The position numbers and the translations under genes are program-made. Below the pieces are notes generated by a model, which saw only the letters and a list, made by a program, of their open reading frames with translations, was not told the origin of the DNA and searched no databases. From contig CM059432.1 in assembly GCA_030390025.1 (NCBI GenBank), positions 57,848,001-57,912,000 of the forward strand: 64,000 bases of DNA, given 5' to 3'. Numbering within the stretch: position 1 is the stretch's first letter; each line of letters starts with the position of its first letter. This DNA comes from Squalus acanthias. Taxonomy: Eukaryota. This document shows, one piece after another, positions 37,438 to 49,042 of the stretch.

Positions 37438-40400
37438 GGGCTGGATTTTGTCAGTGTGGGCGGGCTGGGGCATGTCAGGTGGAAATTGTGTCAGGACCCC
37501 GACTCCTAAGTGAAGTGCTGAAAAAGTGGGATTTTCCCCTAATTGGGCAATTGATTTCCTGCGTGTGGGAACACCTGGCCCAATGAGTCTTTTCATACAG
37601 AAAGTCGCCTCTGATGACGTCATCAATGCTGCTGGATTTAAGACCTGCAAGCAGCCTTGCTTCCTCTGGAGACTGCAAAGGCTCTGCAAATTGTATGAAG
37701 GTGTTGATTTCCCGACAATGTCCACGATCAAGCAAAAGTGTGCACCTCGGTTTGATGAGCCCTCCCTCCAAGCTCTGGTGCACGGAGCCAGATGTAATAA
37801 GGAGGTGCTGTTCCCTTTCTCAGGGAGAAAAAAGCCACCCCAGCAGACAAAAGCTGTGTGGCTGCAAGTGGCCCAGGAGGTCAACTCCATTTCGCTGAGC
37901 CGCAGAACCTGGCTGCAATGCAGGAAGAGGTTTCATGATCTTCTCCGCACAGGAAAAGTGAGTATGACTTTCCCATCACCCTCAATCTGATCCCTATCGC
38001 CTCTCCTCACCAGCACTCTGCTTTGCCAACCTCTTCCTCCACATGCCACTTGACACTTACATGCCTGCACCCTTACCCATTCTCTCTCTCTCGAAGGTCA
38101 CATTCACTTAACTATTCGACCATGCAGCCCTCACACTCCCTATCACTGTGATGCAATGACAACAACAACTTTCAACACACAGGGATGGTCCTTTGTATCC
38201 TTCTAAGCATCTATGCTATGGATTATCTACACTCACTCCTTCATTCTCACTCAAACTCCACTTGTGTCCCTCATTGCAGGAAAAGAGAGCCCACAATAAG
38301 AGGGAAAGAGCCATGACAGGAAGAGGGCCACCCCCAGTAGCCCAGCTCACCGCCTGGGAGGAGGCAGCCCTGGAAATCACTGGGATCGAGGAGGATTCCC
38401 AAGTGGGGGACGGACAGATGGGCGCATCGCAGCAAGCTGGTGACAGAATAGTTTGGCATCTCTCTCATTGACATTGCATGAGTCACTGATAATGATTCTG
38501 ATGCTCTAACAGATTGACTTATGATCATCTGCACTATTCAATGTTCATGTAACCTTGACCTCACATCTCTAACTCTTTCCTTTACTCCCCCACAGGACCA
38601 TCGAAAGCCTCCATCCCCACTGTCCAGGAGGAAGAGCCTCAGCTTCCAGACTCCTCAGAGGAAGCTGCAACCTCTGAGGGCGCAGCGTCAGCAGAATTCA
38701 GCGCACCCAGCACCAGCGCAGACACTCACACCTCGGTGGGACCTTCGCGAGATAGAGTAGTGTTGGCACCTGGTGTATCACAACTCACAAGTGAGCATCA
38801 GCAGATGGTGGAGACAGGGACAGTGGTGGAGAGTCCTCGTCGGAGGGCGCAGGACTCTGCCAGCTCGGCTCAGCTGCATGTCGACCCTGTGCCTCCAGGT
38901 CCATCTAGAACGAGAGCGGTGCTGGAACTCCAGGAACAGGTGTAGGAGTCTCTGGCAGGTTTTGTCTCCAGGGTCGCTGTGAGTGTCGAGCGAATGGAGG
39001 AGTCCATCGCGAACATGAGCAGAGCCTTTGTGGAGGCACTGGCGCATGAACGCATCACCACGGAAAGGATGGCAACCTCCATGGAAAGGATGGCTACAGT
39101 AGAGGAGAGGATGGCTACGGCCATGGAGGAGCTAAGTCGCCAGAGTGTAGAAAACATGGTCATTGTTCAGAATAGACTGGCATCTCTTGAGGAGCGATGG
39201 TCAGCTACTGAGCATAGAAACCAGACCTTCATGGAAGTCCTCTGGAGTAGGACATCCAGTGCAGAAATGGGTCCTCATGGCCCCCCTGAAGTGCAGCAAG
39301 GTGCTGTCAAGCCACTTGCTAGCTCTGAAGTGGGGCTGACCCATGAGGGGGATGTTGGTGGCAGACAACAAGGAAGTGGGGGCTCCTCTCGAAGCGCTCA
39401 AATGACCATGCCACCGCAAAGGCCCTCGGTCAGAGCCCCACCAGAGTCCTCACCCAACTGAGATGGGCATCTCATCCCCTGCACAACCGCAGGAGCAGCA
39501 GACTTGCCGAGCCCTCACAGGTTCGCAACCCTAGAGGACGGCCGCCAAAGGTGTCGAGACAGGAGCAGCAAGAAAGTGAGCAAAGGGCCTCCACATCTGC
39601 TGAAGCCACAGGGGAAGCACCACGTAGGAGTACGCGTAAGAGGATGATAATGCACAAGTAGTCACAAGGGTAGTCACTTGGGTGTTATGCTGTGTTTATT
39701 TTTGAAATGCGACCAGTTGCTTGTTGTGATAAAAAATTCTGATGGCAAACTGTTGAAGTTGTGGCCTGTGTCATTTTGCAAATGGGACTTCCACATTGAG
39801 GGCTTAGAGCAACTTGCAATTGTCAGTATGGTGGTCAGAGTGATAGGAATCCATAGGTTCTTGTCCATTGTCGATGCTCTGGTAAGAAGGTGCGAGGCAA
39901 AAGTGTTTGATTGTATAGGCTAAGCAAATGTGACCAACATGAGTGCGTCCCTTGCATCCCGGGCAGCAATATGGTTGCGCTCTGGCGACTTCTGGCCTGT
40001 GCATCTTCAGGTGGGTGACTAGCAGCTTGGCGCTCCTGTTGATGCTCCTGCTGTTGGTGCTGCTGTTGCTCATGGTTCTGCTGCTGCCGCGGCTGGTCTT
40101 CATCCGAATCTGATGTCCAGGAGGAAAGGAATTAAATGGTCGCCATGCTTCTGGTATATGCCTCAGTTGAGGAAGCACTTAGTCAAGGTGGGGAGAGGGG
40201 TTGCCCAAGAGGTCACACTGGAGATGGGTGTCAGGCTCCAAACTTCCACAACACTGAGTATGCCTGCTAAAAGTTCCTCCAGACCTGAAACAACAAAGTT
40301 CTGCCACCTGCAAATGATCATTGGTGAAAACTCCTTTGTAATGGTGGAGCTGCAGCTGCTCGTAAGCAGTCCACTTGTGAGGCCGCCAGCATTACCTGGC

Positions 40401-40666
40401 GTGTTCCAGAGGAGGCGTGAGGGATGGGGGGAATGACTAAAAATCGGAAAGGCCTCTCAAAATGGGATTATAGAGGATATTAAGTGGTTGTTAAGGGCCT
40501 TAAGGGCCTATCCCGCCTCTTGGAGGCAGGATGGAAAGGGGATCAGAAAACACGCTTTTGGGAAAATTGCTCGGAGGCGGGATCGGGCCCGCCCGCCATT
40601 TTTGGTGATTTTTAACAACTCACACGCCTCCAATCCCGCCTCCTTGGGCCTGGCAAAATCGAGCCC
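37438..40666. mobile_element. Harbinger with both TIRs, Myb gene retained, transposase core deleted
   Basis: TIRs GGGCTGGATTTTGTC / GGCAAAATCGAGCCC. Only the Q-rich transposase N-terminus survives (minus strand, about 39960-40147). Confidence 0.9.
37718..39661 (+). pseudogene. Harbinger Myb/SANT-like DNA-binding protein gene, 3 exons (37718-37957, 38280-38439, 38596-39661)
   Basis: APRFDEPSLQALV..W..VAQEVN..RTWLQCRKRFHDL. GT-AG introns in phases 0 and 1 keep the frame. There is a TAG at 38943 (CAG in the paralog) and a frameshift near 39460. Confidence 0.85.
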
Positions 40667-41420
40667 ATAGAGTACAAAAGCAAGGAAGTCACGATGAACC
40701 TTTATAAAACACTAGTTCGGCCTCAACTGGAATATTGTGTCCAATTCTGGGCACCGCACTCTAAGAAGGATGTGAAGGCCTTAGAGAGGGTGCAGAAAAG
40801 ATCTACAAGAATGATTCCAGGGATGAGGGACTTCAGTTACGTGTATAGCCTGGAGAAGCTGGGGTTGTTCTCCTTAGAGCAGAGAAGGTTGAGAGGAGAT
40901 TTGATAGAGATGTTCAAAATCATGAGAGGTTTAGACAGAGTAGATAGAGAGAAATTGATCCCATTGGCAGAAGGGTCGCAAACCAGAGGACACAGATTTA
41001 AGGTGATTGGCAGAAGAACCAAAGGCGTCATGAGGAAGAACTTTTTTACGCAGCAAGAAGTTAGGATCTGGAAGGGTGGTGGAGGTAGATGGCTTTCAAA
41101 AGGGAATTGGATAAGTCCCTGAAGGAAAAAAAATTGCAGGGCTACGGGAAGTGGGACTGGCTTAAGTGCTCTTGCAGAGAGCCGGCATGGGCTCAACGGG
41201 CAGAATGGCCTCCTTCTGTGCTGTAACCATTCTATGATTAGGTTGCATAGAAGTTACTTGTGTTATTTTGTCAACTCGCTAATAACAGATTTGCATGTGT
41301 TAAACTGAGATGCGTTTTTGAGATCTGAAGAAAGGTCATCGACCCAAAATGTTAACTCTGATTCTCGCTCCACAGATGCTGCCTGATCGGCTGAGTGTTT
41401 TCAGCATTTTCTGTTTCTGT

Positions 41421-42165
41421 GGCCCGGATTTTGCATTGAGAGTAACGGTGAGGCTAACAGCGCTCACCGTTATTATGGAGTAAGTTGGACAGCAACTTCC
41501 GGAGTTTGCACGTGCGTAAACATGGAAATCCGGAAGCTGCTGGCCGAGTAACCCTTCACAGGCTGCGGTTTAACAGTACTTCGCCGATACATTCGGCATT
41601 GAAATCAATGTAAAGGCATGACATTGTGGTACTTACCCACTAGTTACCCACTAAACACGCCAGAAAGGTGTAGGTACATTGAGGTGTAGGTGAATACTTA
41701 ATCGTATGATAAGTCATAATTATTGCCAAACAACCTCTCTGGCACTGAAAATTTTAATTTTACAATGTCTGGAGTCTCATTCCTTCAAAATTTAATTAGT
41801 TTTGGAGATTTAATAAAAAGTTAAAATGTTTTTTTACTTTTTCTGTCTGTCTCTTTTATCTCTCTCTCTTAATCCCATCTTTCATTCCCTCTCTTTATTT
41901 TGCTTTCTGTACATGATTTAAATCTAATTTATACTACCTGGTTTATACTTCCTGGTTTTGTGTCTCAGTGAGGATTTTTCAAGCTGATTGGTTGAAGAGC
42001 CACCCTGTTGCTTTCTCTGCTCTCACACGCCACAGATCCCCTGTAGAGGGATCCATGCTGGATCTGCAAGTCTCCGCTCAAAAGCCTGTGAAAACTCTTT
42101 GGGCAGCTGTCAGCGTAGTGAACGGCAACTGCCGTTCCTTCGCCACTGACCGCAAAATCCAGGCC
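41421..42165. mobile_element. Harbinger-type MITE
   Basis: tgt|GGCCCGGATTTTGC...GCAAAATCCAGGCC|tat; directly abuts the end of a Penelope-like fragment (about 41322-41420). Confidence 0.8.
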
Positions 42166-43585
42166 TATGCATTTTTGAATGTCCTAAACAGCCTTTTTAA
42201 CCTAAAAGTAACACAAGTAACTAAAACTAACCACACAAAAGGAGGCACAGTATTATTTTTTGCCCTGCAAATTCGAATTGTTTTAAACCTGTATTTCATG
42301 AGAAAGCTGGATGGTATACGCCTAGCTTACCAGAAATAAATGACTCCTTCTGTGTCCTCCCTATTCCATTTATTTTAAAATGTGATATGGCTGTCCATAA
42401 AAAATAAAATAAGATTATTTGCATAATTAATCAGGTATTTTGATTTGTATTTTAGAGGATTTGTTCCATCGGTACTGGCACGCGACAAAACCTTTTTTTG
42501 TAATGACAAAATTTCATGTCATCGAAGAGACAGAACAACCAAAGAATACAATCATCAGACGTACCAAGCAATACTGGGTGAATGAAAAAAATCATGCTCC
42601 TAACCTAGAAATTTAAATTCTTCCTAATTCAGCGATTAAGTAAACATATATATATATATATATATATATACATATTAACTAGGGCCTAGAAATTCCCTAC
42701 CTTAGTGCTGGCCGTTAACGCTAGTTTTTTTGAAAATATGGCAGCCGCCTTGCTTCCGGTGCGGGACACGGCAGCCACCATTTTGGTAAGGGCCATAGCA
42801 CTGCCATTGGCAGCGCTGGCCTCTGAAATGTAAATTAGCAGATTGTGACATCAATCAGCTAATTTGGACATTTTCGCTCATCGTTACACTGGCTCAGGAG
42901 GAGAAGTCAGGAGATACACGGTTTTAGAAAGGATAGAAGCATTACACATGTAACGCACAAAACTTTATTCCACTGCTAAAGTGCAATTATGTGTAACTTG
43001 AAGTTTCCCTTAAGGCCACAGTGTCTAATTGCTTTTTTTTTGTTAGATGAATTAGGCTAATTCGTCTTGGGCAGACCATCAGGTCAATTAGAAATTAGAA
43101 GAAACCTGCATGAAATGGCTGGGCTTCTTTTTTCTTAACTTTCAAGTGTGACACAAAAATGTTCATTTAATGGTGTGTCTCAAAAAGTTTATATAGTTAA
43201 TTGTCAAAATCTGAATACTAGATATCTGACTAAATTAAATTTTATTCTTTGCTATTGAAACTGCTATCTGTATTTCCCTATATGTGAAATCTAGTTTATC
43301 ATATGCATAGCCTGTAATACAATATTCATCCTCTGTTAATTTGATAAGACAATCAAGCCTCAAAAGCTTCTCAGCTTTCACTGTGAATCTTTTTTTTTTG
43401 CATTTGTCCTATCTTTAGATCCTGCACCAATTCTCATTGGGAAAATGTTATCCTAGTCTGATTTTGCACATCTTTTCACAGCGAGTTAGAGGATCACAGG
43501 TGGGACCCAGTCATACTCTTAGCTGAAGAATGTTGTGTGCCATTCAGAGACCGAAGGGAGGTAAAAGAAAACGGTAAAATCTTTA

Positions 43586-44346
43586 GGGGGAAAAATTCAG
43601 CTGCTTGCGCCTCCCGTTAGCGCCTTAAGAGGGCGCTAATGGGGCGTAAAGCAGCTAACGCCCGGGCGCAGCGCCGCCCACGCCTCCCGAAAAATTTAGT
43701 GGGAGGTTAGTGGCGGCGGCAGCCGGTAGCGCCCTGTGGCGCTGCGCCGCCGGCGATGACGTCATCGCCGTGCGCAGCACCCCGCTCGCGCCCCGGCCGT
43801 GATCTTCAGTCGCGCCCCCTGATTTACCGCCAGACGCTATGTCCGACGGGTTCAGGGAGGCGTACGTGCGGCCGGGGCGGCGATATTTAAAGCGGAGGTG
43901 GCAGGCGGCCATTTTTGTTGCTGGCCGCCTGCCAGCACCTGTCCCCGGCCCCCGTGAAGCCCCCCCACCGTGAAGTGCCGGCTGCGCTCCAAGAGCCCGG
44001 CACTTCTCTTGAGTGCCGGGCTCTTTTGTCGGCACTCCCGATCCCTGGGGGCCCAGCTGGGCCCCGGTTCGCGCTGCGCAGGGTCCCTCCCCTTTAAGAA
44101 GGGGAGGAAGGCCTGCAATACCGCGGCGCGACGTGCCGCAGCGTGTGGCGCTGCGGCACGTAGCGCCAGGATATTCACTCGCAGCGCCCCAAGAGGGATG
44201 CGGGGTGCTTCCAGTTGCGCCCCGCTTCCCTCTTGGGGCGCAACCACTGAAGTTCCGGCGCGGGGCCGCTAATTTTTTCGGGGCGCTAAAAGTCGCGCCC
44301 CGGCGAGGTTAGCGCCCCAAATGGGGCGCGACTCAATTTTTACCCC
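43586..44346 (+). mobile_element. Young CpG-rich Harbinger/Tourist MITE
   Basis: tta|GGGGGAAAAATT...AATTTTTACCCC|tta with a perfect TTA TSD; internal 20-bp palindrome at 43751-43770. Confidence 0.92.
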
Positions 44347-45989
44347 TTATTCTTTTAAAATTAAGTATTCACTGAATTTGCTATTTGCATACAGCCCTTT
44401 TCTGAACTCCTGTGGACTGTGTTGGCAATCACATTGTTGTAGAGGTGAAGATTGAACTGAATTGTGAACCTCAACTAATTGGGTTTCAATCTATTGGAGC
44501 TATTTTCCCAAATGTCCAAATTTGAACACTTTCCATTTTGTTTTGTAAAAGTAGGGAACCATGTGCAGTTGGAGAAAAACATGCATTTTTCACTATTTTA
44601 CTGGATAGATTCTTAGTTATGGAATGAACAGCTCTTCCTTATGGCTACATCCACAGAGACAAAAAGGATTTTAATTTTAAGAATATGTAAGTCTGTTCCC
44701 TAGTAATCGAGTAGGGATGGAGGGAGGATCCAGCCTTATGGTGGTCATGGATTTATTTGATCACTATTATTTGAAAGGAGGTAGCAATTGACTTTATGGT
44801 GAAGGTAGTCATGGTAACTTTTCTGTCTAATTCTTTATAATTTAGTGAAGATTGGGGAAGATTATATGCACCCATATTGGTAATATTTTCATTCAGTTCC
44901 TAATAAAATTGTGTAGGAAGGTTATGTGGTCTCTTAGTGGTGTTGATACATCTGTAGTAGTCTAATGGTATGCGGAGGTTATGCAGGCTCGTGGAGGGAT
45001 GCCCACCCTATACTAAAGAGCTTGTGCTTGAGAATTTGATGAACTTAAAACAAGATTAGCGCATTGATGGAAAGTAAGGAATGTAAAGTCAAACAATTTT
45101 GCAAAAATGTTTTGCTTCAGCAGTGAGAGCTCCATCTACCTCACTTCAATAAAGTTTTTCAGCTTTGTAATTAGAATGGCATGAGGGATCAGGGTTTGAA
45201 TGTTGCTCATGCTATTTGACATGAATCTTGTCATTCATGTGGAAATGACTTATGAAATAATACTGGACGGCCTGCTGGTGGCACTGTCCAGGGAGAGTAT
45301 AAATACTCAGGCATGGGCCCAGCTTGCTCAGGACATTCTTTAACAGGAACTAGTGAAGGACACAACTAGATCTCCATGTTGAAAAACAGTTGATTAAAGC
45401 CTTGTTTAATACTCAGACCAAGTGCCTAGTAGTTTTCTTAGGACACTATTTACATGTATGTTAACATTGCTAATATTATCCTAACCTGCTCTAAACTAGT
45501 GCTGTATGTCTCTGCGCTCCTCCAATTCTGGCCTCTTGCGCATTCCCAATTTTCATTGCTCGACCATTGGCCGTGCCTTCAGCTGCCTAGGCCCGAAGCT
45601 CTGGAATTCCCTCCCTATACCTCTCCACCTCTTTATCCTCCTTTAAGACACTCCTTAAAACCTACCTCGTCACCTGTCCTAATATCTCCTTATATGACTT
45701 GGTGTCAAATTTTGTTTGATAAGGTTCCTGTGAAGCACCTTGGGACAGTTTACTATGTTAAAGCCATTATATAACTGTAAGTTGCTGTTGTTGCTAATAC
45801 CACATTATCGCTATATAACATTCTATTTAAAACATTTTGGGTGAACCATTGAACTTTAAACATAAAATGATGAATTAAAAAAAAAAATTTCACAGACTGT
45901 ATTTTAACATTTAAATACTAGTGAAATATGTAGAATTTTCCAGAACAAGTACAGCTGAGAATTAACATGCATATTCAAGTTATACTCAC

Positions 45990-46104
45990 CAACGCGAAGT
46001 TCAAAGTTATTGAAGGAATGTTTGTTTATTTCCTGTATACTTTCATTTAAAGCAATAGTAAAGTCTGCCAGAGCACACAGATGGCCCCATTTTTCTTCAC
46101 ATTG
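45990..46104 (-). CDS. ADCY8: Adenylyl cyclase 8 penultimate exon (C2a)
   Basis: ttacag|[38 protein letters not shown]+G|gtgagt; 115 nt, ends in phase 1. Confidence 0.95.
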
Positions 46105-46223
46105 CTGTAAATGGTAGATGATAAAAGTAAACTTTGATAATGAATATATAAAAAAAAGTATTTATATCTTGTATTTAATATGTTATAAATTGTGCAGACA
46201 GTTTAAATTGTTTCCTTTGTTAC

Positions 46224-46316
46224 CTGCTTCTCAGGAGACAGTCCAGAGACAGCCATGTAAGTGCTTCCAATAGTTTTAATTTTTTCAATGTCCTGAAATC
46301 GCTCTTCACCCAACAA
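46224..46316 (-). CDS. ADCY8: Adenylyl cyclase 8 exon (C2a, [11 protein letters not shown] motif)
   Basis: ttgcag|[31 protein letters not shown]|gtaaca; 93 nt. Confidence 0.95.
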
Positions 46317-46399
46317 CTGCAAGAAGTATCAAGAAGACAAAACAGTCAAATATAAATAGGCAGATGCATCATCCCAAAAATTGTATTAAGACAGTTTCG

Positions 46400-46668
46400 A
46401 TCACCTCCCTATCTCTGTAATCTCCTCCAGCGTTACAACCCTCTGAGATCTCTGTGCTTCTCTAATTCTGACCTCTTGCGCAACCCTGATTTCCATTGTC
46501 TTACCGTTGGCGGCCGTGCCTTCAGCTGCCTAGGCCCGATGTTCTGGAATTCCCTCCCTAAACCTTTCTGCCTCTCTCTCTCTCTCCTCCTTCAAGACAC
46601 TCCTTAAAACCTACCACTTTGACAGAACTTTTGGTCACCAGTCCTAATATCTCTTTATGTGGCTTGGT
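46400..46668 (+). repeat. L2-like LINE 3' end fragment (second copy at about 45505-45790)
   Basis: Shared ggccgtgccttcagctgcctaggccc..ctggaattccctccct..aagacactccttaaaacctac. Confidence 0.6.
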
Positions 46669-46806
46669 TCAAAAAAAGGGGAGAGGGATAAACATGGTAA
46701 TTACAGGCCAATCAGCCTAACGTCGGTGGTGGGAAAACTTTTAGAGACATTAATCTGGGACAAAATTAATTGCCACTTGGAAAGAGATGGGTTAATCAAT
46801 GAAAGC

Positions 46807-49042
46807 TACGGTACGGTAGCGTAATGGTTATGTTACTAGACTAGTAATCCAAAAGCCTAGATTACATGGCCGAAACTTTCCGGGGGGTCAGCAGGCGGGA
46901 TCGGTGGTGGGTCAGGTGGGAAATTTGAGATTTTTGACAGCGGGTCGGGACCCCGCTGTCAACCCGCCACGACGCACCTTTCCCAATGTCGGGTCTGTCA
47001 GCGCTGAGCAGACCCACCAGACAGCAGCGGGCGACCCAATTAAACTCACTACCATCTAGTTGACAGATCATTAACAGGCTTTTTTAACTTACCTTTTCAC
47101 TTTAACTTCATGGCCACGGGAACCGCACTGTTCGGGAACCACGGCTGTCAACCTGAGGCGGGAGTTCAGTGGCCATTGCTCCAGCTGATTACTTGACAGC
47201 TTCAAATGTACAGTAAAAGCTCCCACCTGACAGATCATCACTTTCCTCAGCCACAAGCTGTTTCTCAGTCCATTTCCAGCACAAATTGTGCAGACTTTCC
47301 ACTTTCCACTCTCCATTCACTCTTACCTCTTTGGAAGAACTCGCTCACCATTGACAGAATGCTTCTGTCATCTGTACTTCACCTGCCATCTATTCCATCA
47401 CCATGGGTGCCCTTTATATTGTCTCACCTTGGTCCTCAAAATCGGACCACGATCAGCCCCAACACCAGCAGCACACCAGCAGCACCAACAACAACACCAA
47501 CCTTCTCTGCAATCACCTGATGCTGCATAGGACACAGGGCATCAGCACCCAAGCACATTGCTGCCTGGAGGTCAGGGATGGCCTCACCGTGGCCAGATTT
47601 ACTTCACTTGACACTGTACACCCTGGCTGCCACATGATGCGCCAGGTTGGCACCACCCCACACCAACACCATAAAGCATCCCTACAATGTCCAAGCCATT
47701 CCTTTCACACTCGCCACCATTGCGGGGTGGGAGGGTGGGGTACCATTATGTCTCACCATTCACTGCAACTCACTAAGCCACTTCCAAAGGTGCACACAAA
47801 TCTGTCCAAGAACGCAAAGTGTCGAAAATAAAGGTTTCAATGTTTGACAGCACATTAACAGAAACTTTACATGAACATTGGATAAAACACCCAAGTGCCT
47901 ACCCTTGTGTGTTGTTAGTTGGTATGAATGCACTAGAATGAGGATGAGTGTGAGGGGTGGCTAGTGAGATGGGGATGTGATAATGTAGATAGAGAGGGAT
48001 GGGTGGAGGTGCAAGGTAAGTTGGTGTGAGTAAGGACGTGCAGGGGTAAGGTAGGGAAGGCAGAGTGATGGGGATGTGATGAGAGGCACAGCAGGATGAA
48101 GGTGAGTGTGGCTTTATATTAACGTTTTGTGATTTACTGAGATCATAGAAAGGTTTGCGCCACTGCACCCAGGTCCACCTGACAACATCCCTGCTTGTAC
48201 CCTCCTCTGCAATGTGCAACCAGGCTGCTTTGGTCTCCTGGGGAAGTCTCATCCGCCCATTAGGAGGGAAGAGAACCTTCCTGCGTGCTGTGACTCCCTC
48301 CATAAGCATATGGAGGGAGTCATGGGAGAACCTGGGTGCAGCTCTGCACTTCTGTGCAGTCATTGTCAGTGTTTGCAGCACCTCAATGCTGTAGAACACT
48401 GACAGCACAAATGTTAAAAGAAAGTTGGCCATGGTCCCTTTAAAGAATCTGGCTGATGATGCATCACGAATGACGTCACCAGACCCACTTCCTCTAATTG
48501 TACCTGGAAACGCGCTGGGTGGGTTTAACAAGCCCTATCAACGTAAAATCATTTTTCAGAGCGAAATGGAGCCAGCAGCGGGGTTGGGACCCACCACTGA
48601 CGTCGCCCGCCCTGGACCAGCTCAGATAAGGAAAATCTCAGCCCAAGAGTTCAAATCCCACCACGGCAGCTGGGGAATTTAAATTCAATTAAATAAATCT
48701 GGAATAAAAAGCTAGTATCAATAATGCTCACCATGAAATTACCAGATTGTCGTAAAAACCCATCTGGTTCACTAATGTCCTTTAGGGAAGAAAACCTGCC
48801 ATCCTTACCTGGTCTGGCCTATATGTGACTTCAGACCCACAGAAATGTGGTTGACTCTTAACTACCCTCTGAAATGGCCGAGCAAGCCACTCAGTTGTAT
48901 CAAACCGCTACAAGAAACTATAAGACTTTCATCACAAAGACTGCAGCGGTTCAAGAAGGTGGCTCACCACCTTCTCAGGGCAATTAGGGATGGGCAATAA
49001 ATGATGGCCTTGCCAGTGACGCCCACAATTAATAAAAATAAA
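46807..49042 (+). mobile_element. tRNA-derived SINE with a LINE-derived 3' tail, split by the 46868-48644 insertion
   Basis: A-box TAGCGTAATGG (about 46816), B-box GAGTTCAAATCC (about 48647). The tail at 48938-49030 matches the LINE 3' end at 19670-19780. Confidence 0.8.
46868..48644. mobile_element. Non-autonomous Harbinger deletion derivative (transposase N-terminus +, Myb exon 1 -)
   Basis: Ends GGCCGAAACTTTCC / GGAAAATCTCAGCCC. MGALYIVSPWSSKSDHDQPQ at 47403; MTAQKCRAAPRFSHDSL.. from ATG 48363. Confidence 0.85.

Larger units (their letters stand above)
35690..41240 (+). mobile_element. CR1-type LINE (APE plus RT, decayed), interrupted by a Harbinger at 37438-40666
   Basis: [35 protein letters not shown]. 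The host reads ATAAATAGAGGC..ATAGAGTACAAAAG across the insertion. Confidence 0.92.

Noticed and set aside
37526..37990. Host MSANTD/NAIF1/MYPOP gene
   Set aside because: It sits between TIRs inside a CR1, and exon 3 has a stop and a frameshift.
41322..41357. Third hammerhead motif
   Set aside because: The GAAA box is mutated (GACCCAAAATGTT), so it is presumed inactive. The copy near 12177-12210 is more degraded still.
43655..44312. Overlapping Ala/Arg/Gly-rich ORFs and an apparent gene CpG island
   Set aside because: All lie inside a TIR/TSD-bounded GC-rich MITE, where open frames follow from base composition.
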